Positions 29,532-37,661 of a stretch of DNA of 64,000 nucleotides are shown in pieces. The DNA comes from Candidatus Bathyarchaeia archaeon. Lineage in GTDB: Archaea; Thermoproteota; Bathyarchaeia; Bathyarchaeales; Bathycorpusculaceae. Both the position numbers and the translations under genes were made by a program. The DNA lies in NCBI GenBank assembly GCA_049521795.1, contig JBEKOM010000001.1, positions 576,001-640,000 of the forward strand, in the 5' to 3' direction. How positions within the stretch are numbered: position 1 is the first letter of the stretch; every line of letters starts with the position of its first letter. The notes beneath the pieces were generated by a model, which searched no databases, had not been told where the DNA came from, and worked only from the letters and a program-made list of their open reading frames with translations.

Positions 29532-30617
29532 ATGAAAACTCAGATAGTCTATGAAACAAACATCGATTTTGGGGCTTCAGTTGAAAAGATCGCAGAGTCC
29601 ACACTTATTGTTTGGGATAGAACTGAAAGAGCCCTTGTTTGGTTTCAGATCAAAGGAACTACAACGGTCTTCGTGCTGTCTCCTCGCGGTAAGATGCAAG
29701 TGAAATGGGAAAACCCGGAGGAAAAGAGAATCTTCATGAAAGTGATAGAAAACATACTTGTTCCCAGAGATGGACAAAAGCTAGAAACCAAACCGGTTAG
29801 CCAGCAGGCTTTTGTTAAGTATCCGCCTCCAGAGAAGTTCAGGTTGTATTGGTGTGATGAAACAACGGAATATGAAAGGCAGGCCCTCCAAAAAGAGATG
29901 TATGGAGATGCGTTTGCAACCGCTCTCTCCACTGGAAAATTCGTGCTGGCAACTGTTGGCAAATCGGAGATTCAGCGGGAGGTATGTGAGATGCGGTTGG
30001 AGCAGATTGAGCGATATCTACAGAACTCTTCTTTGTCAACGCGTCTGGCAACGAGAGGAGAAGAAGCGCGGTTCTTTCTAACAAACCTCGTATCAGAGTT
30101 TAGCGAAAATGCACAGGAATTCTCAGTTATGATGCTTCAGTCAAAAGAAGGTACGCGTGTTCAATTAACTGAAGAAGAAATGCTTCACCTGCTAGGGAAG
30201 GCAGAGAAACGTGATTTGATTCGCAGTGTGTTCAATGCGCGATGGAATCTGGCTCGATCTCATCCCACAAAAGACGACTTACCAATCGCGGACCAAAGGT
30301 TCGGTGAAACATGGATCGTTCTGCGTTGGAAACCGGCCCCGAGATTGCCAAGAAAGAGGCTTGACACTGTGAGTTTTGCTCGCGAAGAGAAATGTTTTGT
30401 CGAATGGTTAGGACAGTTCAAGAGACTGTCATATAACAAGAAGCTTGTCGATTACGCGATGGGGCCAGGACCTCGCGGTACTGCGGATTGGCTGTCTGCA
30501 ACCGATCATTGGAGTTCTGAAGACAAAAAGAAATTCAGTTTACTAAGAGAAAAGTATTCTGAATACCGAAGAAAGAAGAGCAGAATTGAAACCATCTATT
30601 TTAGAGGATTGTCTTAG
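29532..30617 (+). CDS. Hypothetical protein with possible N-terminal single TBP-like domain
   Basis: ATG 29532; QIVYETNIDFGASVEKIA...VFVLSPRGKMQV...EEKRIFMKVIENIL resembles one TBP repeat by eye. Confidence 0.6.
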   Translation: MKTQIVYETNIDFGASVEKIAESTLIVWDRTERALVWFQIKGTTTVFVLSPRGKMQVKWENPEEKRIFMKVIENILVPRDGQKLETKPVSQQAFVKYPPPEKFRLYWCDETTEYERQALQKEMYGDAFATALSTGKFVLATVGKSEIQREVCEMRLEQIERYLQNSSLSTRLATRGEEARFFLTNLVSEFSENAQEFSVMMLQSKEGTRVQLTEEEMLHLLGKAEKRDLIRSVFNARWNLARSHPTKDDLPIADQRFGETWIVLRWKPAPRLPRKRLDTVSFAREEKCFVEWLGQFKRLSYNKKLVDYAMGPGPRGTADWLSATDHWSSEDKKKFSLLREKYSEYRRKKSRIETIYFRGLS

Positions 30618-30692
30618 AAGCGCGCGCTATTTACTCCTCAGAGGCTTTTTACACTATCAAGGTAAGATAAATATCCAGCGACAAACCTTTCA

Positions 30693-31724
30693 ATGGCAAT
30701 GATTTCCAACAAAAAACGTGAAAAGAAATCAAAAAAGAACTACGAAAATGCTTGCTCGAAAGGATACTGTCCGAGTTTAGCAGAGAGGGAAAACAGCAGG
30801 GTAAAAGAGCTGGCAAATAGGCTCAACGCAACTTCAGATAAAGAGGTTTTGACAAATGTGTTGGAATGGCAGGATAGAAATATAGTTTTTTGGTTCGAAC
30901 GGTATCCGTTAGCTCTTGCCATATGGGGCGCTTTCTTGGGCGTTGCTATATTGGGGGCAATCATTGTTCTCTTGGTTACAAATCCCTTTGTGAGTTTGAT
31001 TTCCCCGATATTGTTCGAGTGTTTTACTGTTGTTGCTTCAGTTTTTGTAACCTTATCGTTAATAGCGATTTACATGATTCATTCTTACAGAAAACTTCCG
31101 TTAAAACACCTGCGCGACATCTTTGCATTTAGTCTCTCGATAAACTCGATTCTTGAAAATAAACTGTGTGTTTGCAGAGACTACGCAAAACTAACGGCCT
31201 GTTTATTGTTTAAAAAATATCCTCAACTGGAAATCTATTTCGTTCAAGCCCCGAATCATGTAGCAACTGGAATGATGATTGATAAGAAGTTGTACATTCT
31301 AGACCAGCGGCTACCAGTAGTTACCATTGATAGGTGGCACAAACGATGGCATAAATATAAATTTTCAAAGAAAACCGTTGAAAGGGTTAAGGGAACGAGT
31401 CTGGAATCAGTTTGCCTCAATTGCCTTTTGTCAAAAACGAACTTACCAGAACTGGATAAAGATAAACTAGCGAATGAACTGAAAAGGCGTTTAAACATTC
31501 AAAGTTCGACGATTGACACAGAAGGTGTTCCATTGAAAATAATGCAGTGGAAAAAGGGAGCTATCCTCTATGAGGATGACGAAATCGTCAATTACTCTCT
31601 TGCGCGACGACTTAAGATGCTAATTTCTCGCGAAATGTTAGATGTAAATAATGTAATAAATATCAAAATAGACCAAAAGAAAGACGACTTAATTTTTCGA
31701 GTTGACCTCAAATCGAATAAATGA
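30693..31724 (+). CDS. Membrane transglutaminase-like protein (DUF553-like)
   Basis: VCRDYAKLT, NHVATG, YILDQ give a Cys-His-Asp triad; two TM segments. Confidence 0.8.
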   Translation: MAMISNKKREKKSKKNYENACSKGYCPSLAERENSRVKELANRLNATSDKEVLTNVLEWQDRNIVFWFERYPLALAIWGAFLGVAILGAIIVLLVTNPFVSLISPILFECFTVVASVFVTLSLIAIYMIHSYRKLPLKHLRDIFAFSLSINSILENKLCVCRDYAKLTACLLFKKYPQLEIYFVQAPNHVATGMMIDKKLYILDQRLPVVTIDRWHKRWHKYKFSKKTVERVKGTSLESVCLNCLLSKTNLPELDKDKLANELKRRLNIQSSTIDTEGVPLKIMQWKKGAILYEDDEIVNYSLARRLKMLISREMLDVNNVINIKIDQKKDDLIFRVDLKSNK

Positions 31725-31833
31725 ACCAATCTTTTGTCCAAGATTTTCAAAATAAAGACGGTTTGTATTTGCTGTTTGTTTGTGTGATATGTATGTGCGC
31801 GAGCGTTCCCCAAAAAGGAACCGTGAATCTGGA

Positions 31834-32853
31834 CTAGTGCGCGCTATCGAGATGTCTTCTCAGGGTTCTTATCGTGTCCAACTTGAGTTGTGGGGCTGAA
31901 AAGGGATTTATCAAAAAGTACTGCTTGCGAAAAGGGCGCGCGTTGATTATTAATCCCTGAAGGCATTTTGCCTCATTCAGGAAGAATAGTCCGTCTTTCA
32001 GTGGATAAGTTAACCTAGGTACCAATCCAGTATCATTAAATAGCTCTCCGTTCTTTGCAAATGCTCTATAGATATCGTCAAAACCTACAAAAAGTCTGCT
32101 GGCAATGGCAGGGTCGTCTACAGTAGTTCCATACACAACTCGTTTGAAATCAATATCATCTGTACCGTATTGCCATCTCTCAACATCTATGACCCAAAAA
32201 ACAAATTGCTCGGACAAGAATTGGTGCATCTTGTCCCAAAAATCTTTAAAGACTTTTTTCCTAAGCGGCTCAAAAGGTATTATGATTGCTTCTTTCATTG
32301 TTGAAATTACTCCTGTTCTTTCCGAACCAAGAGTTTTTTTCTTCTGGATTGTTATGTCAGTATCGTCAAGCGAAAATGAACCAGTTTGTTGGCTCTTGAT
32401 TTTTGCGGTGACAAATTCTATTATCGTATCGACTTTCTCTTTGTCCAACAAAGCATACTCAACTGTTACCATGAAATCTGACGGTATAGCCCAGAGTTCT
32501 TTATAGATTCTACTAGCTTCATCAGTGTCAGCGAGTAATTTCACTTCGAAAAAAATACTCTCTCCATTCAGAGTTATTTTCAAATCTGGTCTATTCTCTG
32601 CCTGAATGAACTCAGGGTTCAAGGTCTTTATGCTTCTTGCAAACTCAAGTTCGGAAATAGTGCTTTCAAAGTTTGAGGCATCCTTCAGTATCTTGATTTT
32701 GCTAATCAAGTTTGGGACAGAATCTAACTCACCAAGAAGTTTGTCAAAATACGTTTTGTATTCAGAATTCAATTCAAAAGAAATTAGTAGAGGATGGTCA
32801 TCGCCAAAAGAGTTAAGATATTTCTCAAGGTAGGTATTTGAAGAAAAATCCAT
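31834..32853 (-). CDS. Hypothetical PD-(D/E)xK nuclease-fold protein
   Basis: ISELEFA...RPDLKI...FFEVK motif; AT-rich. Confidence 0.6.
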   Translation of the reverse strand: MDFSSNTYLEKYLNSFGDDHPLLISFELNSEYKTYFDKLLGELDSVPNLISKIKILKDASNFESTISELEFARSIKTLNPEFIQAENRPDLKITLNGESIFFEVKLLADTDEASRIYKELWAIPSDFMVTVEYALLDKEKVDTIIEFVTAKIKSQQTGSFSLDDTDITIQKKKTLGSERTGVISTMKEAIIIPFEPLRKKVFKDFWDKMHQFLSEQFVFWVIDVERWQYGTDDIDFKRVVYGTTVDDPAIASRLFVGFDDIYRAFAKNGELFNDTGLVPRLTYPLKDGLFFLNEAKCLQGLIINARPFRKQYFLINPFSAPQLKLDTIRTLRRHLDSAH

Positions 32854-32895
32854 ACTTTCACAAAATAGTGCTGATTGCCCTTCGTTCTCTTATAT

Positions 32896-33371
32896 TTTGT
32901 GTGATATGTGTCTGTGTGATATGTCTGTGTTGTATGTAAGTAGTTAAGAAGAAGAAGAGAAGAGAGAGAAAGTGTGTGTTTGGGGGCAAACTTTACATCT
33001 TTTTCTTCTTCTTCACTTCTCTTATTACTATTAATTATCTCTCTTACTTTCTACACCTTGACACAAACAAAAAAACAAAAACAAACAAAAACAGCGCGCG
33101 CGCTCTAACATCACGAGAATAGTTGAGATTGCCAACATCCTAAATCCAGCAAGAACTGGCAGAAGGAAATGGACAGTTCAAGAAGTTGAAAAAATCATGA
33201 AGTGATATCCCTTTCTGTGTGTCTGTCTGTGCGTGTCTGTTTGTCTGTCTGTGTGTGTCTGTCTGACTGTCTGACAGAAGATAGTAGTAAGTAGGTAGTA
33301 GTAAGGGGAAGGAAGTAGTCGTAGTCGTAAATAAATAAGGAGAGAGAAGAAAAAGGGTAAACTTTACCCGC
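32896..33371. repeat. Low-complexity array: two TG/TC-microsatellite plus purine-tract units
   Basis: 32896-33000 and 33214-33371 share the order (TGTC)n, AGT repeats, purine tract, GG(T/C)AAACTTTAC. Confidence 0.7.
33107..33205 (+). pseudogene. Fragment resembling a serine-recombinase DNA-binding helix
   Basis: NITRIVEIANILNPARTGRRKWTVQEVEKIMK* with no start codon, beginning just after (GC)5. Confidence 0.35.
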
Positions 33372-34328
33372 TTATATTCCCAATTTAGGAATACACGCCA
33401 AATATGCACGCTTCAATTCATAGTGGTCTATGTGGTCGTATATGTCCATGGCTTCTTTGCGCCTGTCTCCCCTCAACTCCTTGACGAACTCTCGTGGCAT
33501 ACCGTTCCTTCGGAGCCACGTTGTGAACCAGTGCCTGAAGCAGTGTGGGCTGAAGTGGTCTTCTAGTCTAAGAGAATTTGGATTGTGGAAACCCAAGCTC
33601 GTTGCATATTTCACTATGGCTGTGTAGAGGCCGTTTCTGTCAAACCTCTTCAGACTTTGATAGCTGACAAACAAAGCCTTTGTACGTGGATTCAGCTTCT
33701 CTCTAACCTTCAGCCATCTCTTCAAAACGATAGCACACTCATCATCGAAGAACACGACTCTGTTGCTTCTCTTAGGCGTGCGTTTCAACGTAATAAAATA
33801 CTCAATCCAATTGATGTCGTCAACGTCTAAACTTAGTAGTTCGTTTCTTCGGATTCCGGTCTTCGCAAACAACACGGCGATTGCTCTGTCTCTAGGATCT
33901 AGAATAGAGTTAACTAGCATGCTCATCTCTTCAACGGTCAACAGCTTTCTTCCGGGATCATTGGCGTCATCTTTGTAGTTTCTCAAGTATCTCTTTCTGA
34001 ATGATGGCACAGGATTCATTTTCAGCAAGTCCTCAAAGATGAGATAATCATAGAAAGCTGATATAGAGGAAAAATAGTTTTCAACCGTTTTCTCCTTCAC
34101 ATGCCTGTCACCCCGAACGTAATGTAGAAATTCTTTCAGAACCCATTTATCAACTTCTCTAATGGACGCACCTCGACCACCTAAGAAGTCTCCGAATATT
34201 GATAAGCAGGACTTGTACCGTCTTACGCTTTCAACGGTCATGTTCCTCAACCTGCAATCATCACAAAATCCTTCAACCAGCCTGCTCATATCAGGAACAA
34301 GTACCAAGTTCAACCTTTCCACCTCCAT
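33372..34328 (-). CDS. Tyrosine recombinase / integrase
   Basis: N-terminal SAM-like domain; TGIRRNEL, KRSNR, HCFRH, LRGD (in place of LGH), DIYDH. Confidence 0.93.
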   Translation of the reverse strand: MEVERLNLVLVPDMSRLVEGFCDDCRLRNMTVESVRRYKSCLSIFGDFLGGRGASIREVDKWVLKEFLHYVRGDRHVKEKTVENYFSSISAFYDYLIFEDLLKMNPVPSFRKRYLRNYKDDANDPGRKLLTVEEMSMLVNSILDPRDRAIAVLFAKTGIRRNELLSLDVDDINWIEYFITLKRTPKRSNRVVFFDDECAIVLKRWLKVREKLNPRTKALFVSYQSLKRFDRNGLYTAIVKYATSLGFHNPNSLRLEDHFSPHCFRHWFTTWLRRNGMPREFVKELRGDRRKEAMDIYDHIDHYELKRAYLACIPKLGI

Positions 34329-34849
34329 CCGCGTCCACTGTACGCAACTAGTCCGTAAGCTTCCAGCACTTCAAGCTGATTGCTTAACGCCTTGGCCAAT
34401 TCTGCATTTGCCCGGTCGATACCGAGACGAACCAGAATCTCCTCCGAGCTGTAAGACTTGCCCTTCTTGAGCAGTTCGATAAGCTCTTGGTCATACTGTC
34501 GAGTTCCCTCAAAATCCTTGACCAGAAAAGGTTCTGACCTGTAACGCTTCAGCTCTGTCTCCTGGTTCTCCACAAGCTTTTTCAACATTCTATTCTCTTT
34601 CGTCAATCCGTTGAATTCATCCTCTATCGTCTTTAGTCGCTTGACCAATTCCAGTCGACTCAGATACCCTTCTTCTCCTTCATCTCTCCTGATAGAATCC
34701 TCAACACGATCAATAACAAACTTTGACAGGGATGTCTTGGCAGCCTCAGATCGCTTCCGCCAATCATTAACCATCTCAAGTGAAGGCAAGTAGATGTAGA
34801 CGGTCCTTTCTTTGATAGTCTTAGTCTTGGGAAGAACACGCCCCGACAT
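34310..34849 (-). CDS. Integrase-associated RHH / coiled-coil / winged-helix protein
   Basis: TVYIYLP strand plus SLSKFVIDRVE helix, heptad middle, C-terminal LEAYGLV...GWRWK; overlaps the integrase start by 19 nt. Confidence 0.75.
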   Translation of the reverse strand: MSGRVLPKTKTIKERTVYIYLPSLEMVNDWRKRSEAAKTSLSKFVIDRVEDSIRRDEGEEGYLSRLELVKRLKTIEDEFNGLTKENRMLKKLVENQETELKRYRSEPFLVKDFEGTRQYDQELIELLKKGKSYSSEEILVRLGIDRANAELAKALSNQLEVLEAYGLVAYSGRGWRWKG

Positions 34850-34889
34850 ATCTTATCAATAACGTAGAAAGCATGGGACCTATTTAAGA

Positions 34890-34901
34890 TTTACCGGTAA
34901 A
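34890..34901. promoter_or_regulatory. 12-bp palindrome TTTACCGGTAAA, right copy, abutting the TATA box of the integrase operon
   Basis: Minus strand reads TTTACCGGTAAA-TCTTAAATA, about 30 nt upstream of ATG 34849. Confidence 0.7.
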
Positions 34902-34905
34902 TTAG

Positions 34906-34990
34906 TGCGGGGGGTGGGATTTGAACCCACGAACCCCTGCGGGATAGGCGCCTCAGGCCTACGCCTTTAGCCATGCTTGGCAACCCCCGC
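34906..34990 (-). tRNA. tRNA-Leu (anticodon GAG), no intron
   Basis: GCGGGGG acceptor stem, anticodon arm TAGGC-CTGAGGC-GCCTA, long variable arm, GGTTCAAATCC T-loop. Confidence 0.96.
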
Positions 34991-35090
34991 CCTTGTGAAC
35001 CGGTCGCTCTATCTCGTAACCTTTAGTCTGAATTAAATCTTGCCCATTGTACGTTGAACAATAAAAAGGAATAGTTGAGCGTTTGGTTCT

Positions 35091-35534
35091 TTAGATTATG
35101 CGAAAATCTTCTTTAATCGTGGTCAACACGACATGCGTGTTCGTTCGTTCCACGTTAGCTAGTGACAAGAGACGTTTTGTGAATCTGCTGAGGTCTTCGC
35201 GGTTCTTGAATTTTGCGATTATCGCGGCGTCTGACAGGCCGGTCAGGTCGTAAACGCAGCACACGTTAGGAATGCGGGCGATCTCGTTTTCCATCTCTAG
35301 AAGTCTTCCCTTGGAAACAGTTATTTCTGTCACAACCGTCAGCTCGTAGCCGAGTTTTTCTTGGTCGAGGAGCGCTGTGTATCCCTTTATTATGCCTTCG
35401 TCTTCCATCTTCCTTATTCTTGACAGCGCCGTGCCCACAGAAACGCCACATTGCTTGGCTATCTGCCTCGAGGAAAGCCTCGAGTCCAGGGTCAACGCCC
35501 TTAAAATTTTGACGTCTGTTTCGTCCAACTGCAT
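35091..35534 (-). CDS. Lrp/AsnC transcriptional regulator
   Basis: LDETDVKIL HTH, GIIKGY, C-terminal RAM domain. Confidence 0.93.
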   Translation of the reverse strand: MQLDETDVKILRALTLDSRLSSRQIAKQCGVSVGTALSRIRKMEDEGIIKGYTALLDQEKLGYELTVVTEITVSKGRLLEMENEIARIPNVCCVYDLTGLSDAAIIAKFKNREDLSRFTKRLLSLANVERTNTHVVLTTIKEDFRII

Positions 35535-35715
35535 ATTTCATCACAGTCATTGTGCATTTATCCAATTGCTGCAAGAAAGACTTAACATTTGCCTTCCAAA
35601 TCAGTAATGAAGTATAACTTTGTACAGACGGCTTCGACTCTCATGTAAGCTCCACAAGGCAGTTCCAATGGGTTTGCTGGGCCTAGACGACCCATATGTC
35701 ATTTCAAATTGATTC

Positions 35716-36474
35716 TCACACTTTAGGTTTCTCAAGCAAATCTTTCATTTTTGCTTCTTTCAGTAGTTTAACGTGTCTAGCAAGTTCTCTGACAACTGCT
35801 TCGAAGTCCTTTCTGCCCTTCGCGACAGAAGCTGTTGAAGTTTTACCGAAAGCGCCCGAGCTCGTTTCATCCACGGTCCCTAAGGGAAGCGTTATGCCAG
35901 CGGCCTCCAGTTTGTGCTTGCCTGGTTCTTCATCTACCGCTCTACTCATGTTCACCAAATGCGGGTGCATGGCAAGGTTCAACGAGGTCTCCTCAGCAGC
36001 CGCGTGCCTTCTCTCGTCCTCTGCGAAAAGCTTGGGCAAAAGTTTGCCCGTGGCCGTCCACCATTGAAAGACAGACACGAAAACTCCGTCTTCTCTCAGC
36101 TCTCTCGCCATCTCGGTGAGCGCAGCCAGGTTGCCTCCGTGGCCGTTGACGATCACTATTCTGCGTACTCCGTAGTATTGTAGTGCCAGACAAGTTTCTT
36201 TAACGTACTTCTTGAAGGTTCTGGCAGAAACAAAAATCGTCCCCCAGAACTGCTTGTGATGAGGGCTCACGCCAAACGGTATAACTTGAAGGCACATCAC
36301 CCCTGTGCGTTTGGCCACTTCCTCAGCAATGCCTTTGGCAATCAGGTGGTCCGTGCCTAAAGGGTTAGGAGGCCCGTGCTGTTCGTTTGACCCTACTGGG
36401 ATAATGGCGATGTCGCTCTTAGCAAAATATTCCTTGGCTTCCTGCCAACTCATCTCATGAAGCAAGACTTTCAA
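35716..36474 (-). CDS. Creatininase family amidohydrolase
   Basis: PVGSNEQHG...LGTD, NGHGGN, HAAAEETS; TTG 36474 after GGTGA. Confidence 0.9.
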   Translation of the reverse strand: MKVLLHEMSWQEAKEYFAKSDIAIIPVGSNEQHGPPNPLGTDHLIAKGIAEEVAKRTGVMCLQVIPFGVSPHHKQFWGTIFVSARTFKKYVKETCLALQYYGVRRIVIVNGHGGNLAALTEMARELREDGVFVSVFQWWTATGKLLPKLFAEDERRHAAAEETSLNLAMHPHLVNMSRAVDEEPGKHKLEAAGITLPLGTVDETSSGAFGKTSTASVAKGRKDFEAVVRELARHVKLLKEAKMKDLLEKPKV

Positions 36475-36553
36475 GTCGTTCACCTTTTCACGAAACGGTT
36501 TTATTATGAGCCAACTGAATATAAGTCTGCACTCTGGACTCAGGGGAAAAAAT

Positions 36554-37639
36554 TTGAAGGCAGTAATCCTCGCTGGCGGGTTCGGCACAAGACTCAGACC
36601 TCTAAGCTGCACGCGCCCGAAGATTCTTTTTCCAATACTTAACAAGCCACTGCTCCAGTGGACTTTCGAAAGACTCGCGATGAACAATGTTAAAGACGTA
36701 ACACTTGCAGTCTTCTATCAAACCGAAGTCTACATAAAACATCACAGGGTTCCAAGGTCTGGGGTACACGTCAACTATTCTCACGATCCACTGAGAAAGC
36801 CGCTCGGAACTGGCGGGTCAATCAAGAAGGCTGAAAAGCGAATTGGACACGAATCCCCGTTCATAGTCCTTAACGGTGACATATTCGCCGACGTTAACTA
36901 CAGAGAAATCCTGAGTCTACACGAGAAGAAAAAAGGTGTGGCAACCATAGCGCTTCACAAAGTGCAGGACCCAAGCAGGTACGGAGTTGCAGAGCTGTCA
37001 GAGGGCGACCGCATTTCGAGATTCATTGAGAAACCCCCGGCGGGAAGCGTTTCCCCCGCCCTAATCAATGCTGGAGTCTACGTTTTCAGCCCGAAAATCT
37101 TCGACTATATTCCGGAAGGGCGAGCGGTGTCGATCGAACGAGAGGTTTTTCCAAGGCTTGCGCAAGAAAAAGCACTCTATGGTTACGTTTTCGATGGTTT
37201 TTGGGCGGACATAGGCAAGCCAGAGGACTATCTGGAACTGAACAAGATCATGCTCAATCATGCTGGTAGTCAAAGAAAGATGAAAGGCGGAGACAACGTT
37301 GAAATCAAGAATGCTGTGGCTTTCGGCAAGAACATCTCGATAGGGAAACAGTCGGTTATCGGTCCATACGCTGTTCTAGGATCAAAAGTTGCAGTTGGAA
37401 GGAACGTTCGCATTCAAGACTCCATTGTTCTGTCTGGAACAGTGATATCCGATTTTGCCACGATAGATGGCGCCATAATCGGCGAGGGCGTTCATGTTGG
37501 AAAGAGTGTCTGCATTCCGAAAGGCTGTATAATCGGCGACTACGCTGAAATAAGAGACGACGTTTCATTAGCCCCGGGAACTTCGATCTGCCCAGCGAAG
37601 GAAGTCAGTGAAAGCGTGTTGATTTCCAATTCGGCTTAA
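36554..37639 (+). CDS. NDP-sugar pyrophosphorylase (mannose-1-phosphate guanylyltransferase-like)
   Basis: ILAGGFGTRLRPL...PK, NGD, FIEKP, C-terminal hexapeptide repeats. Confidence 0.9.
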   Translation: MKAVILAGGFGTRLRPLSCTRPKILFPILNKPLLQWTFERLAMNNVKDVTLAVFYQTEVYIKHHRVPRSGVHVNYSHDPLRKPLGTGGSIKKAEKRIGHESPFIVLNGDIFADVNYREILSLHEKKKGVATIALHKVQDPSRYGVAELSEGDRISRFIEKPPAGSVSPALINAGVYVFSPKIFDYIPEGRAVSIEREVFPRLAQEKALYGYVFDGFWADIGKPEDYLELNKIMLNHAGSQRKMKGGDNVEIKNAVAFGKNISIGKQSVIGPYAVLGSKVAVGRNVRIQDSIVLSGTVISDFATIDGAIIGEGVHVGKSVCIPKGCIIGDYAEIRDDVSLAPGTSICPAKEVSESVLISNSA

Positions 37640-37661
37640 AGGCAATAGAGGAAGTTTGAAC

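Larger units (their letters stand above)
23441..34919. mobile_element. Tyrosine-integrase integrative element in tRNA-Leu (about 11.5 kb)
   Basis: 15-bp att direct repeats, integrase next to the tRNA, identical palindromes inside both ends, accessory cargo. Confidence 0.85.

Noticed and set aside
23441-34919. Integron or provirus interpretation of the integrase element
   Set aside because: No attC-type sites, no IntI-specific insertion seen in the integrase, and no capsid, packaging or replication genes recognised.
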